This document shows, piece after piece, positions 38,201-49,638 of a stretch of 64,000 bases of DNA. Location of the stretch: NCBI RefSeq assembly GCF_001447785.1, contig NW_015163647.1:198692-262691 (forward strand). The letters run 5' to 3'. The notes below the pieces were generated by a model. The model was not told where the DNA came from, did no database searches, and saw nothing but the letters and a program-made list of their open reading frames with translations. Origin of the DNA: Gekko japonicus. Its lineage: Eukaryota. A program made the position numbers and the translations under genes. The stretch's first letter is position 1; each line of letters starts with the position of its first letter.

Positions 38201-40026
38201 CCCTGCTGTACCCTCACAACATCCTTGTGATAGAACAAAGTAAAGAGTCCAGTGGGGGCACCTGTAAGACCAAGAAAGTTTTATTCAAGGCGTGATGCGC
38301 GTGCACGCTTCATCAGACGATGAAGACAGATGAGGTAGATTTGGCAGAGACAGTGACTAGCACAAGGGAATCTTCACTGGCAACTGTGGAATTTGAACAC
38401 GAAGAGTCGGACTGGACTGTGCGACTGAACAACAACAACTCTGACCACTGCACTGCACTGCACTGCCGGCGTGATCACGGCTGCAATCCTATGCCTGCAC
38501 CCCTGGATGTCAGGCCCTCTGAGCCAAGCAGGGCTGGCCCCCGGGGTGCACGTGGGTGGGATTGGGCCTTTACGTGCATGAGTGAGAGGAGGGGGAAGAA
38601 GGGAGTGGATGCCGGACTGCCGAGATTCGCACAGGATCTGAGCCAGTGAGCTTTGGGATAAGTGTCCTTCGTCTGTGAGGTGTCCCTGGAGTTCTGTTTT
38701 GTTTGGCAACAGTAGATGGACACAGCCGCCCCTCTGGGACGCATGAGATCCCCGCTGACCCTTTGCCTGACCGGCCGTGTCCTTCTGCCAGGCAGTTCCA
38801 CGCGAGAACGGAAGAGGGTCCCACCCAGTGTTCCCTCTCAGCTGAGCGAGTGCGAGCTAGCTCACAGTTTTTTAGCCTCTGGCTTGCTCATTTTTGTCTT
38901 AACTCAGGAAGGAGGGCTCCAGAGCGCACACTGATTTTATGCAGTAGCCAAATGGCTCACTCGCTTTAAAGCTAGCAGCTCACAAAGCAGAATTTTTGCT
39001 CACAAGAAGACTCCGCAGCTGAGAGGGAGCATTCAACCAGTCCAACATCCTCTCTTGCGCCCAGAGGCTGGGGTGTCCCCCAAGGCTGCCTCCTGGCGGT
39101 GGCACCCAACGGCCGACTGCTTCTGGGTGGGGAGGTCCCCCTGAGTCCCCTGGCCAGGAGCCCGTGATGCCCAGCTCCCTCCGTCGCTCCTCAGGCCCGG
39201 CCACCTTGCGGAGGGGCAGCTCCGGGCCTCCCGCGTGCTGAGCCAACAGAATGCCTGGCATGCTCCCCGCGCAGTTGCCAGGCCAGGGGGAGGCGGCTGG
39301 AGGGGAACAAGCCGCTGTTTGTCTGCCGGAGAGTGGGAAGCCACCGTTCCACTGCATTCGCTGGGGGGGGGGGGCGGGGGGGGAGGGGCGGGGCGGGGGG
39401 GGGGGGGTTTGTTGCTGGTGCCTGCTTTTGCACCCACCCGCCTGGCACACCTGAGGGCGGGGAGCAGGGAGCGCTGAGGGGCTGAGATCAAGGCTCCCTC
39501 TAAGCTGTGGAGTCTCATGAGCAAAAATTCTACTTTGTGAGCTACGGGCCTTAAAGCTGTGAGTGAGCCATTTGGCTCCTGCATAGTTTGCTCAGGACTA
39601 CAAGTCTCCCTCTAAGCTGTGGAGTCTCGTGAGCAAAAATTCCACTCTGTGAGCTGCTGGCATGAAAGTCGTGAGCGAGCGATTTGGCTCCTGCGTAAAC
39701 TAGTTTCCTCTGGAGCCCCTGAGCTGGGGCAAAAAAATGTGTGAACCAGAGGCTAAAAAACTGTGAGCCGGCTCACACTGACCCAGCTCAGAGGGAACAC
39801 TGTGTGAGGTCTCTGAGCACATCCGGAGCCCTGTGCGCAGGAGCCTGCTGGATCCGGCCCAGGGCAGCTGGCTGCTTCCAGGGGGTGCTATGAGGAATGC
39901 TGGGAGAGCAGGCCTCTGCTGACGGGTGCCCTTGGCCCTTCCGACTGGCCTCCGGCGGCCAGAGAGGCTTTGTCCTTCTCCTGCAGAGGCCGGGGACTGG
40001 GCACAGGGGGGACTTTCTGCCCGCAG

Positions 40027-40076
40027 AGGCCGGGGCTCTGGCACTCAACCTCCGTGGCCTGCAGCCTCTGTCACCG
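40027..40076 (+). CDS. PRX: Candidate small PRX exon (EAGALALNLRGLQPLSP), phase 1-0
   Basis: Acceptor ctttctgcccgcag|, weak donor CCG|gtagct; supplies the required phase change; a competing acceptor exists at 39987. Confidence 0.45.
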
Positions 40077-42689
40077 GTAGCTGAGCCCGTCCCTGTGGCT
40101 CACGGCCCTCGACTGATCACGGCTGGCCAGAGAGCGGCAGCTCCAGAGGAGAAGGACGGCTTGTGGAGAAGCACCTTCTTTCCTTTGTCCTGAAGCCGCT
40201 GGGTGATCCCGTGGTCCTCCTTTTCGGCAGGGCTCCTCCGTCCGCCCAGCTGGAACTGCCCCCCCACTGTTCCCTCTAAGCTGAGTTAGTGTGAGCCAGC
40301 TCACAGTTTTTTAGCCTCCAGCTCACACACTTTTGTCTTAGCTCAGGAAGGAGGGCTCCAGAGCAAACTCATTCATGCAGTAGTCACTCACAACTTTGAA
40401 TGCCTGGAGCTCACAAAGTGGAATCTTTGCTCACAGGACTCTGCAGCTTAGAGGGAGCGTTGCCCCCCACCCGCTGCCGCTCTCCCATTCGTGGGAGTGT
40501 GAAGGAGGCAAACCCCATCTTCCCTGACGAGGGAGCCAGGACTCGCGGCAGCTCAGACTCTGAGAACCTTCTTGGTCTCTCAGGGGCTCCCAGACGCGTG
40601 TCTACCCCCCACTCTGTTTGGTGTAGTGGTCAAGTGCGCGGACTCTAATCTGGGAGAACCGGGTTTGATGCCCCACTCCTCCTCCACTTGCACCTGCTGG
40701 ATGACTTTGGGCAAGCCGTAGTTCTGGTCAGAGCTGTCCTTGAGAAAGAGCCGTTTCTGTCAGAGCTCTCTCAGCCCCACCTGCCTCCCAGGGTGTCTGT
40801 GTGTGGGGAGAGGGAGGGAAAAGGAGTGTGAAAGCCGCTCTGAGGCTCCCTTGGGTAGTGAAGGGCCATGGGGTGTAAATCCAATCTCTTCTTTTTGGTG
40901 AGGGATGGGGGGACCCCTGTCAGCTCAGCTCTGGGGTGGTTCCGGCCTGGAGCCGTGTGTGTGTGTGGGGGGGGTGCCAGTCTGCGCTCTGAGGAGGTGT
41001 CTCGGAACGGGGCCCAGAATGCCAGCTATGTCCCCGCGGGCTTTGCCGAGACGCAGCGTCCTTTTGTCTGCCGGGGCCTGGGAATGCGCAGCGCAGAGCC
41101 CTGACCTTTCGGGGAATGGCACGGGGCAGTGTGGGTCTTTGGCACCCAAGTGAGCGTGGGAATGAAATGCTGCCCATCCTCAGGGCCTGAGACGCTGCTG
41201 GCGCTTGCCGTGCTGCTTGCTGAACAGGGTTGCCGGCAGAGCAAGGACGGAAGGCAGTGGATTGGGGGGGGGGCGATATCAGGATTTGAGGACCGGTCAG
41301 GAGGGCTGCTGGTGCCCCCTTAGTCAGAGGCAGTCTACCTGTGAGGAGCTGCTGCCGCCGACACCAGGGAGGATGGCTAGAGCCAGTGTGCCTATTTAGT
41401 GCGTCTTTGTAGAGCACGCGTTGGAAAGCAGAGGCCCCACCCAGCAGGGCTGTTCTCTTGCCAAGACTTTGGGGCGGAGGGCTGCCATTCTGCGACAAGG
41501 GTCAGCTGGTTCAGGGGGGCACCCCCCCCAACCAATGCTCCCTCTAAGCTGCGGAGTCCTCTTGTGAGCAAATATTCTACTCTGTGAGCTCTGGCATTAA
41601 AGTTGTGAGTGAGCGATTTGGCTCCTGCATAAATCAGTTTGCTCTGGAGCCCCGTCCTTCCTGAGCGAAGGCAAAAATGTGTGAGCCGGAGGCTAAAAAA
41701 CTGAGCTGGCTCACACTAGCTCAGCTCAGAGGGAACACTGCTCCCGACTGCACGAGGAGCGCTACGATTGCACTAGGAAGTTGTCTTTTCTTTGCACTGC
41801 AGAGCTAAAGGGGACCCTTCACTTCTGTGGGAGGACAGTGTCCGTAGGCCTGCTGCATAGCCCCATCACATCTTGAGTGGCCGGGGGGGGGCTCTCTCCT
41901 CCCCTCCCCTGACCCAGTCCTGCCGTGACGCCTGCCCCGCTCCTTCCTGGGGCCAGGGGATTTTTTTATTATTATTATTTTTAATTTACTTGGGCTTTTA
42001 CCCCACCCTCCCGCCGAAGCGGCTCAGGGCGGCTTACAACAATTTAAAACAACATACGGTATAAAACCAGCAAATACAGATATAAAATACAATAAATACA
42101 GGGATGGATACCCTAGGGCGTGGAAGGAAACTGCACAGTCACCGCACAGCCAGAAGCCCAGGTAATTAACCGCCTGGTTCCTTTCCACAGCTGCAGAGGG
42201 CCACGTACCAGAAAGCCACGTGAGCAGGACCAGACGACAAGCACCTGTGAGTAGCCATGCGCCCGCCCCCCCCGCCACACTTAGGAATGGATGCTGCAGA
42301 ATACCAGCCTGGGGGGGGGGGAGTAGACCGAAGGCCGTGGTAGGCAGCTTGTCCACACGGCCACCGGTTGCGATTCGGAGGGTGGGGTGGGGGACACATG
42401 TCCCAGTCCGAACGGACCCACGCTGCGCTTTGTAGCATTTATTGTTTATTTATCATAGTTATTAATTGCCTGATCCCCACCGTAGTGGGGGCCTCTGGGT
42501 GATTTGCAGGCTTAAAACCGTACAAACGTAACAACCACATCCAGCAAATTATCCAGTAGATGAGGAAAGCGGCTGAAGTTTCTGGTTTTTCTCTCCCACG
42601 TCTGTTCAGTGGATGCTACGCAAGGGTAGAGGAGAAAGTAAGCTCCTAAGGAGCGAAGGATCCAGGCAGGGTGCCGGCCGTGAGGTAAA

Positions 42690-43490
42690 CCGTCGCTGCC
42701 CTCAGCCAAAGGCCTGGCCGGGCATCTCTGCCTGACAGGCCCCGTGGAGTTGCAAAAGATCCTGCAGGGCCCTGATGTTATTCAGCAGAGAGTCCCACAG
42801 GGTCGGGGCCAGGTCCTGGTGGGGGACACCCAGATCTCTCTCGGGCCGGGAACCACCAGCACGTTAATCTGTGAAGAAGAGCGCAGTGCTCTTCCAGGGG
42901 TGTAGCAGGGGAGGTGGTCCTGTAGATGTGTCGGTCCCAGGCCACACCAGGCCTTAAAGGTCAGAACCAAAACCTCGAACTTGACTCAGTGCTCCACTGG
43001 AAGCCAGTGCCGCTGGGGTAGTGCAGGTTGAATAGGTGCACTTCGCAATGTTCCCGTCGGGACACGCGCCGCCGCATTCTGTACCAGTTGGCGCTTCCGG
43101 GTCAGTCTCAAGGGCAGGACAGCGTAGAGCCAGTTGCAGTCGTCTAGCCTGGAGGTGACCACAGCGTGGATTACTGTGGCCAGGTTGGAGCGCGACAGGA
43201 AAGGGGCCAGCTGCCGGGCTTGGCATAGATGGGAAAATGCCACCCTGGCTGTATGTGTAACCTGGGCCTCCATACTGAGGGAGGAGGAATCCAGGGTCAC
43301 ACCCAAGCTCCTGACGGACTGCGCCGATGACAACGGCGCCCTGTCAAGGGCTGGTGGGCTGAACCCAAGTCCTGAAAGCCCCTCCCCCCAGCCACAGCAC
43401 CTGCGTCTTTTTCGGATCCAGTTTCGGCCGGCTCTTCTTCAGCCATCCTGCCACAGCCTCCAAACCCATGGCCAGATTGTCTGGGGCGAC
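42690..43490 (-). mobile_element. L2 LINE fragment (RT C-terminal region)
   Basis: VRSLGVTLDSSSLSMEAQV...ATVIHAVVTSRLDDCNWLYAVLPLRLTRKRQLVQNAAARV. Confidence 0.85.
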
Positions 43491-43997
43491 ATCTAGGTGG
43501 CCGCTCAAAAGCTGCTGCTGCTGCTGCGTCCCCCCAGGAGTCCACTCGGAGTCCAGGCCCTCCAGTGGCAGAGCGCGGCTCCCCCTCTGTCCGTGTGTGA
43601 CCCCTTCCCAGGCCAGAGCTGCCTCCATGGGGCTCTCTTTCCCCACTCATCCCTGGTGCTCCATGGCTTGCCAGTTGGCCTGGCCAGCGGGGCGTGTGGG
43701 GAGCCGCACAGGTCCCAAGCGGGTCAGCAAAATGCCCTTTTGTGCTTCAGCAGTTACGGTGGTCAGACTCTGGTAGCCTCGGCCCGCCTCTGTGCAGGAA
43801 AAGCTGAAGGCCACTGTGGGCTCCAGGGAAGAGCCCCTGCTTGGCCTGGCGTGCAGAAGGGCCCCGGTTCAATCCTCGGCACAGTTTAAAAGGAAAAGGC
43901 TGCAGTGGCTGATGGGAGAGACCACTACCGGAAATCCTGCAGAGTGGACAAGACCGACCTTGATTAGAAGGCAGCTCCATGGGTTTTCATGATTTAA

Positions 43998-45340
43998 GGG
44001 GTGAGGTCGTGGCTCAGTGGCAGAGCCTCCACTTGGCATGCAGAAGGTCCCAGGTTCGATCCCCGGCATCTCCAGTTAAAAAGGACCAGGCAGGAGGTGA
44101 TGGGAAAGGCCTCCGCCTGAGTCCCTGGAGAACTGTAAAGAGGGGGTGTGGCTCAGTGGAAGAACCTCTGCTTGGCATGTGGAAGGTCCTAGGTTCGATC
44201 CCCAGCATCTCCAGTTAGAAAGGCCCAGGGGCAGGAGGTGATGGGAAAGACCTCCGCCTGAGACCCTGGAGAGCTGTAAAGAGGGGCCGTGGCTCAGTGG
44301 AAGAACCTCTGCTTGGCATGCAGAAGGTCCCAGGTTCAATCCCCAGCAGCATCTCCAGTTAAAAAGGACCAGGCAGGAGGTGATGGGAAAGGCCTCCGCC
44401 TGAGTCCCTGGAGAACTGTAAAGAGGGGGTGTGGCTCAGTGGAAGAACCTCTGCTTGGCATGTGGAAGGTCCCAGGTTCGATCCCCAGCATCTCCAGTTA
44501 GAAAGGCCCAGGGGCAGGAGATGATGGGAAAGACCTCCACCTGAGACCCTGGAGAGCTGTAAAGAGGGGCCGTGGCTCAGTGGAAGAACCTCTGCTTGGC
44601 ATGTGGAAGGTCCTAGGTTCGATCCCCAGCATCTCCAGTTAGAAAGGCCCAGGGGCAGGAGGTGATGGGAAAGACCTCCGCCTGAGACCCTGGAGAGCTG
44701 TAAAGAGGGGCCGTGGCTCAGTGGAAGAACCTCTGCTTGGCATGTGGAAGGTCCCAGGTTCGATCCCCAGCATCTCCAGTTAGAAAGGCCCAGGGGCAGG
44801 AGGTGATGGGAAAGACCTCCGCCTGAGACCCTGGAGAGCTGTAAAGAGGGGCTGTGGCTCAGTGGAAGAGCCTCTGCTTGGCATGTGGAAGGTCCCAGAT
44901 TCAATCCCCGGCATCTCCAGTTAAAAAGGACCAGGCAGGAGGGGATGGGAAAGACCTCCGCCTGAGACCCTGGAGAGCTGTAAAGAGGGGCCGTGGCTCA
45001 GTGGAAGAGCCTCTGCTTGGCATGCAGAAGGTCCCAGGTTCAATCCCCGGCCTCTCCAGTTGAAAAGGGCCAGGCAGGAGGTGATGGGAAAGACCTCTGC
45101 CTAAGACCCTGGAGAGCTGTAAGGAGGGGGCCGTGGCTCAGTGGAAGAGCCTCTGCTTGGCACGCAGAAGGCCCCAGGTTCAGTCCCCTGCAGCATCTCC
45201 AGTTAAAAAAGACCAGGCAGGAGGTGACGTGAAAGCCCTCCGCATGAGACCCTGGGGAGCGGCTGCCAGCCTGAGTAGAGAAGACTGACCTTGATGGATT
45301 GAGGGGGAGGGGGGGGTCTGACTCAGTATGGAGCCGCTCC
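43998..45340 (+). repeat. Tandem array of nine tRNA-derived SINE (Squam3-like) 5' units, ~141-bp period
   Basis: Units carry A box TGGCTCAGTGG and B box GGTTC(G/A)ATCC or a close variant; only the last keeps the 3' tail; degenerate extra copy at ~43806-43990. Confidence 0.85.
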
Positions 45341-45472
45341 GTGTGTGGGCCCGGGACGGCTGAGTGAATCGGTGCTGAGGCTGCTGGGTGTGAGGGGTCC
45401 TGGTGGTGGTACCCAGGATGGGTGGGGTCTCGCAGTGACTTTCTCCTCTCCCCTCCTCCCGCCGTCTTGCAG

Positions 45473-45574
45473 GCAGCCGAGTCCCAAAGGAATGACCAGC
45501 CCGCTCATGTCCAGCCCTCCACTGGCCCGCACTTGCCCCTGTCCCCGGAGGAGGCCGCGGACCCAGACAGAGCT
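45473..45574 (+). CDS. PRX: PRX upstream exon (AAESQRNDQPAHVQPSTGPHLPLSPEEAADPDRA), phase 0-0
   Basis: Long polypyrimidine tract + gcag| acceptor, donor |gtaagt, 102 nt with no stop. Confidence 0.7.
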
Positions 45575-47215
45575 GTAAGTTTCTGGCCGGGACGGGGGGG
45601 GGGATTTCTCTTCCAGGGGCTCTGGGGAGAGGTAAAGTTGCCAGCCTCCAGGTCAGGTCTGGAGGTCTCCCAGAATTACAGCTCATCTCGGAAGACAAAT
45701 ATCAGTCCCCTTGGAGAAAATGGCTGCTTTGGAGGGCGGACTGAATGGCACCATGCCCTGCTGATTCCCTGCCCCTTGGCAAACCCCACCCTCCCCAAAT
45801 ATCCAGGAATTTTCCAACCCAGAGCTGGTAACCCTAGAGAGCCAGTTTGGTGTAGTGGTTAAGAGCACGGACTGTGATCTGGGACAACCGGGTTTGATTC
45901 CCTGCTCCTCCACATGCAGCTGACGGTGTGACCTTGGGTCAATCACAAGTTCTCTTTGAGCTGTTATCTCAAGGGCAGTTCTTGAGAGAGCTCTCTCAGC
46001 CCCACCTACCTCACAAGGGTGTCTGTTGTGGGAGGGCTTCTAGTGTCCTGGCCCCACTGCGGGACCTCCTGACCGCACCTGGTGTCTTTGGCCACTGTGT
46101 GACAGTGTGTTGGATCAGGCCAATGGCCCATCCAGTCCAACACTCTGTCACACAGTGGCCAAAAACACCAGGTGCCATCAGGAGGTCCAGCAGTGCGGCC
46201 AGGACAATAGGCCTCCCACTGTTGCCCCCCCCCCAGCACCAAGTGCATCACTTGTCCCAAACCGAGAGTTCCTATCTATACCTTGTGGCTAATAAGAAGA
46301 GGAGGAGGAGATTGGATTTATACTCTGCCCTTCGCTACCCAAAGGAGTCTCAGAGCAGTTTACAAACTCCTTTCCCGTCCCCTCCCCACAACAGACACCC
46401 TATGGGGGTAGGTGGGGCTGAGAACTCTTGACAGAAACTGCTCTTTTTTTCAAGAACTGCTGTGCCAGAACTATGGCTTCCCCAAGGTCACATCAGCAGG
46501 TGCAAGTGGAGGAGGAGTGGGGAATCAAACCCGGTTCTCCCAGATTAGAGTCCGCGCACTTAACCACGACACCAGACTGGCTCAATAGCCACTGGTGGAC
46601 CTCTGCCCCATATGTTCTTATTGTGGGGAGGGGAAGGAAAGAGATTGTAAGCTGCTCTCTGAGGCTCCTTTGGGTAGTGAAGGGTGGAGTATAAATCCAA
46701 TCTCCTCCTCCTCCTCCTCCTCCTCTTCTTCTTCTTTGGAGGGGAGTGACTGGAAGCACTGTCTGGCATGCCGAGTACACAGTTTCCCTTGTGGTGTCAC
46801 TTTCATTCAGGAAGGGGGGGGTCCAGTCGGTCATTCATGCACTCCTCTTTGAGCGGAGGTGGGCCTCTGTCCAAAGCGGGATTCCAGGGAGGGGGGAAGG
46901 ACGTCTGCCACGGCCGAGCGACCCAGAGGGGGAGACGCTGGCTCTGGGTCTAGCAGAGCTGGCCCGAGGGGAGCCGTCTTCTGTTTCGTGCCGAAGCCGG
47001 TCTGAAACCGGTTCCCCTCGCTCAGCCCTGCAGATCATCATAGTTCCGTGCGGGGGGGGGGGGAGGCTGGAGACTGCAGCAGAGACTCCCCAAATACCTT
47101 GAAATGACAGGCGGTTCCGAGAGGGAAGTGGGGGCCGCTGAGCTGACAGTCAGGCTGGCTGAGAGAGGCCAGTGTGGAGGCGGCCTCTGAGCTCTGACCG
47201 TGGGGGCCCTTGCAG

Positions 47216-47368
47216 GCTCAGAAGGAGAGGCTCCATGCGGAGCTGAAGCGGGTCCTGCAGCGGAAGGGGGCCAGCCGGGCCAGCTCCGAAGAGGCGGTGG
47301 AAGAGAAGGTGGAAGAGGAGGAGACCCAGGCTCCAGGGGGGATGGAGGCCCAGCTCCGCAAGATGGAG
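47216..47368 (+). CDS. PRX: PRX exon containing the canonical start (ATG 47342, MEAQLRKME) plus 42 open upstream codons
   Basis: ttgcag| acceptor; AQKERLHAELKRVLQRKG...GGMEAQLRKME; donor GAG|gtgagc; the last 9 codons parallel mammalian MEARSRSAE. Confidence 0.85.
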
Positions 47369-47513
47369 GTGAGCCCGGAGCCCGGCAGGGGCTGGGGTGG
47401 GATCCACGTGGCCGGAGAGGCCACATTCCGCTCCGACACGCAGGAGGGGCCAGGGGGGGCTCTGAGGTGGGGCAGACCGACTGGACCTTTCTCGTCCCCC
47501 CCTCCCCCTCCAG

Positions 47514-47673
47514 AAGACCATCGAGACGTCGGAGCTCTTGGAGATCATCGTGGAGACGGAGGCCGAGGCCGGGGTCAGCGGCATGAGCGTGGCCGGAGGA
47601 GGGAAGCAAGGCCTCTTCGTCAAGGACGTGCTGAAGGGCTCCCCGGCCGCTCGGGCCCTGAGCCTCAAGGAAG
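47514..47673 (+). CDS. PRX: PRX PDZ-like domain exon A
   Basis: (K)[52 protein letters not shown]; CAGAAG tandem acceptor (47514 or 47517); donor G|gtgagg. Confidence 0.93.
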
Positions 47674-48192
47674 GTGAGGGCGCTGGGGGGGTGNNNNNNN
47701 NNNNNNNNNNNNNNNNGCGGGAGGAAGTGGGATGCCAGAAACAACGTCCACGACAAAAATGACGAGGAGTCAATAAAGATAAATTGCAAAAACGTTTACT
47801 TTGGCAATTCTGTAACCCCACATAATTACTCTAGTAAATGTTTTTGCGGCTTATCTTTACTGACTCCTCGTCGTTTTTGCTCCAGCCTCCAGGTGGGGCC
47901 CGGAGCCTCTCCCAATGCTCCAGTTGCTCTCCAGGAGACACGGAGGCCAGCTCCCCTGGACAAGATGGCTGCCTTGGAGGCTGGACTCCGCAGCACGGGG
48001 CCCTGCCCGCCCCAGGCACCAACCCCCAAACCTCCCAGAGCAGACAGCCACGGCCCCTGGGGGTATCTTTGCCCCGTGTCTTTGTTGCCTCCCTGCGCTG
48101 AGCAGACCCAGAGGGCTCCTAGGGGCCAGTAGTCTCCGGGGGCCTCCCCACAGCTCTCCCCAACGCCTCTCCCCCCTCCCTCCCTCCCGCAG

Positions 48193-48386
48193 GCGACCAG
48201 CTCCTGAGCGCCAGGGTCTATTTCGACAACATGAAGTACGAAGACGCCCTGCAGATCCTCAAGAGCGCCGAGCCGTACAAGGTCTCCTTCTGCCTGAAGC
48301 GGACCGTCCCCAGCACCGACGTGACTCGCAGCCCCGGAGCCCCCACCTTCGAAGTGAGGGGGCCGAGAGCCAAAATGGCCAAGCTG
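48193..48386 (+). CDS. PRX: PRX PDZ-like domain exon B
   Basis: [40 protein letters not shown]...GPRAKMAKL; donor |gtgagt. Confidence 0.95.
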
Positions 48387-49144
48387 GTGAGTGGCACGGG
48401 AACCCTCGGGGGCAGCTGCCCCCTCACCCCCACCCAAAGGTGTCCAAGGCGCACACACATGCTCCACGTCCTGAGGCCGTCTTGTCCCAAGCCGGCTCCC
48501 CCCCCGCTCCCTGGCTCCCCCGAGGGGTCTGCTGACCACTACTGGAGACAGCGCCCTGGGCTTGAGGAGCAGTGGCGTCCGAGCTGTTCCCCTGCTGGGT
48601 TTTTAGCAAGCCCTTCATCCAAAGGAGCTCAGGACGGCAGAGGTAGCTCCCACCTTTCCTCCTCCTCCTCTGACATCCCGGGGAGGTAGGTCAGACGAAA
48701 GAGACCACGGGTGGGCCCAAGGTCATCAGGGGACTCTACGGCTGATAGGGGCAATGCTCCCTCTAAGCTGCTGAGTCTCGCGAGCAAAGATTCTACTTTG
48801 CGAGCTACGGGCATTGAAGTTGTGAGCTAGCGATCTGGCTGCTGTGTAAATGGGTTTGCTCTGGAGCCACATCCTTCCTGAGCGAAGGCGAAAAGTGTGT
48901 GAGCCGGAGGCTAAAAAACTGTGAGCTGGCTAAAAAACTGTGAGCTGGCTCACACTCACTCAGCTTAGAGGGAACACTGGTTGCAGGGGTCTTTGAACCT
49001 CGGTCTCGTTGCATCCAAAGCCATCCCTGCTCTGGCCCAGGCGTGCTTCCCTCCAGGGAGGCCAAATTGCGACACGCGGTGCCACAGCCACGCAGAGATG
49101 CGGCCTGTCCTCCACTCCAGAGAGCCACGCTGAAGCCTGGTCTC

Positions 49145-49638
49145 CAGTCTTCCCTCTAAGCTGAGTTAGTGTGAGCCAGCTCACAGTATTGCAGCTTTCA
49201 GCTCACACGTTTCTGCCTTCGCTCAGGAAGGAGGGCTCCAGAGCAGTGTTCCCTCTAAGCTTAGTGTGAGCTAGCTCACAGATTTTTTGCCTCTGGCTCA
49301 TACCTTATTGTCTTGGCTCAGGAAGGAGGGCTCCAGAGCAGTGTTCCCTCTAAGCTTAGTGTGAGCTAGCTCACAGATTTTTTGCCTCTGGCTCATACCT
49401 TATTGTCTTGGCTCAGGAAGGAGGGCTCCAGAGCAGTGTTCCCTCTAAGCTTAGTGTGAGCTAGCTCACAGATTTTTTGCCTCCGGCTCACACCTTTTTG
49501 CCTTGGCTCAGGAAGGAGGGCTCCAGAGCAAACTCATTTACACAGTAGCCGAATCGCTTGCTCAGAACTTTGATACCAGTAGTAGCTCACAAAGTAGAAC
49601 TTTTGCTCACAAGACTCTGCAGCTTAGAGGGAGCATTG
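49145..49638 (+). repeat. MITE array: four left halves then one right half
   Basis: Left termini at 49145, 49244, 49339, 49434; the last three are each preceded by CTCCAGAG. Confidence 0.85.

Noticed and set aside
43998-45340. tRNA gene cluster or CRISPR-like array
   Set aside because: Units are SINE heads with a SINE body, no full cloverleaf or terminator, and no unique spacers; the locus is eukaryotic
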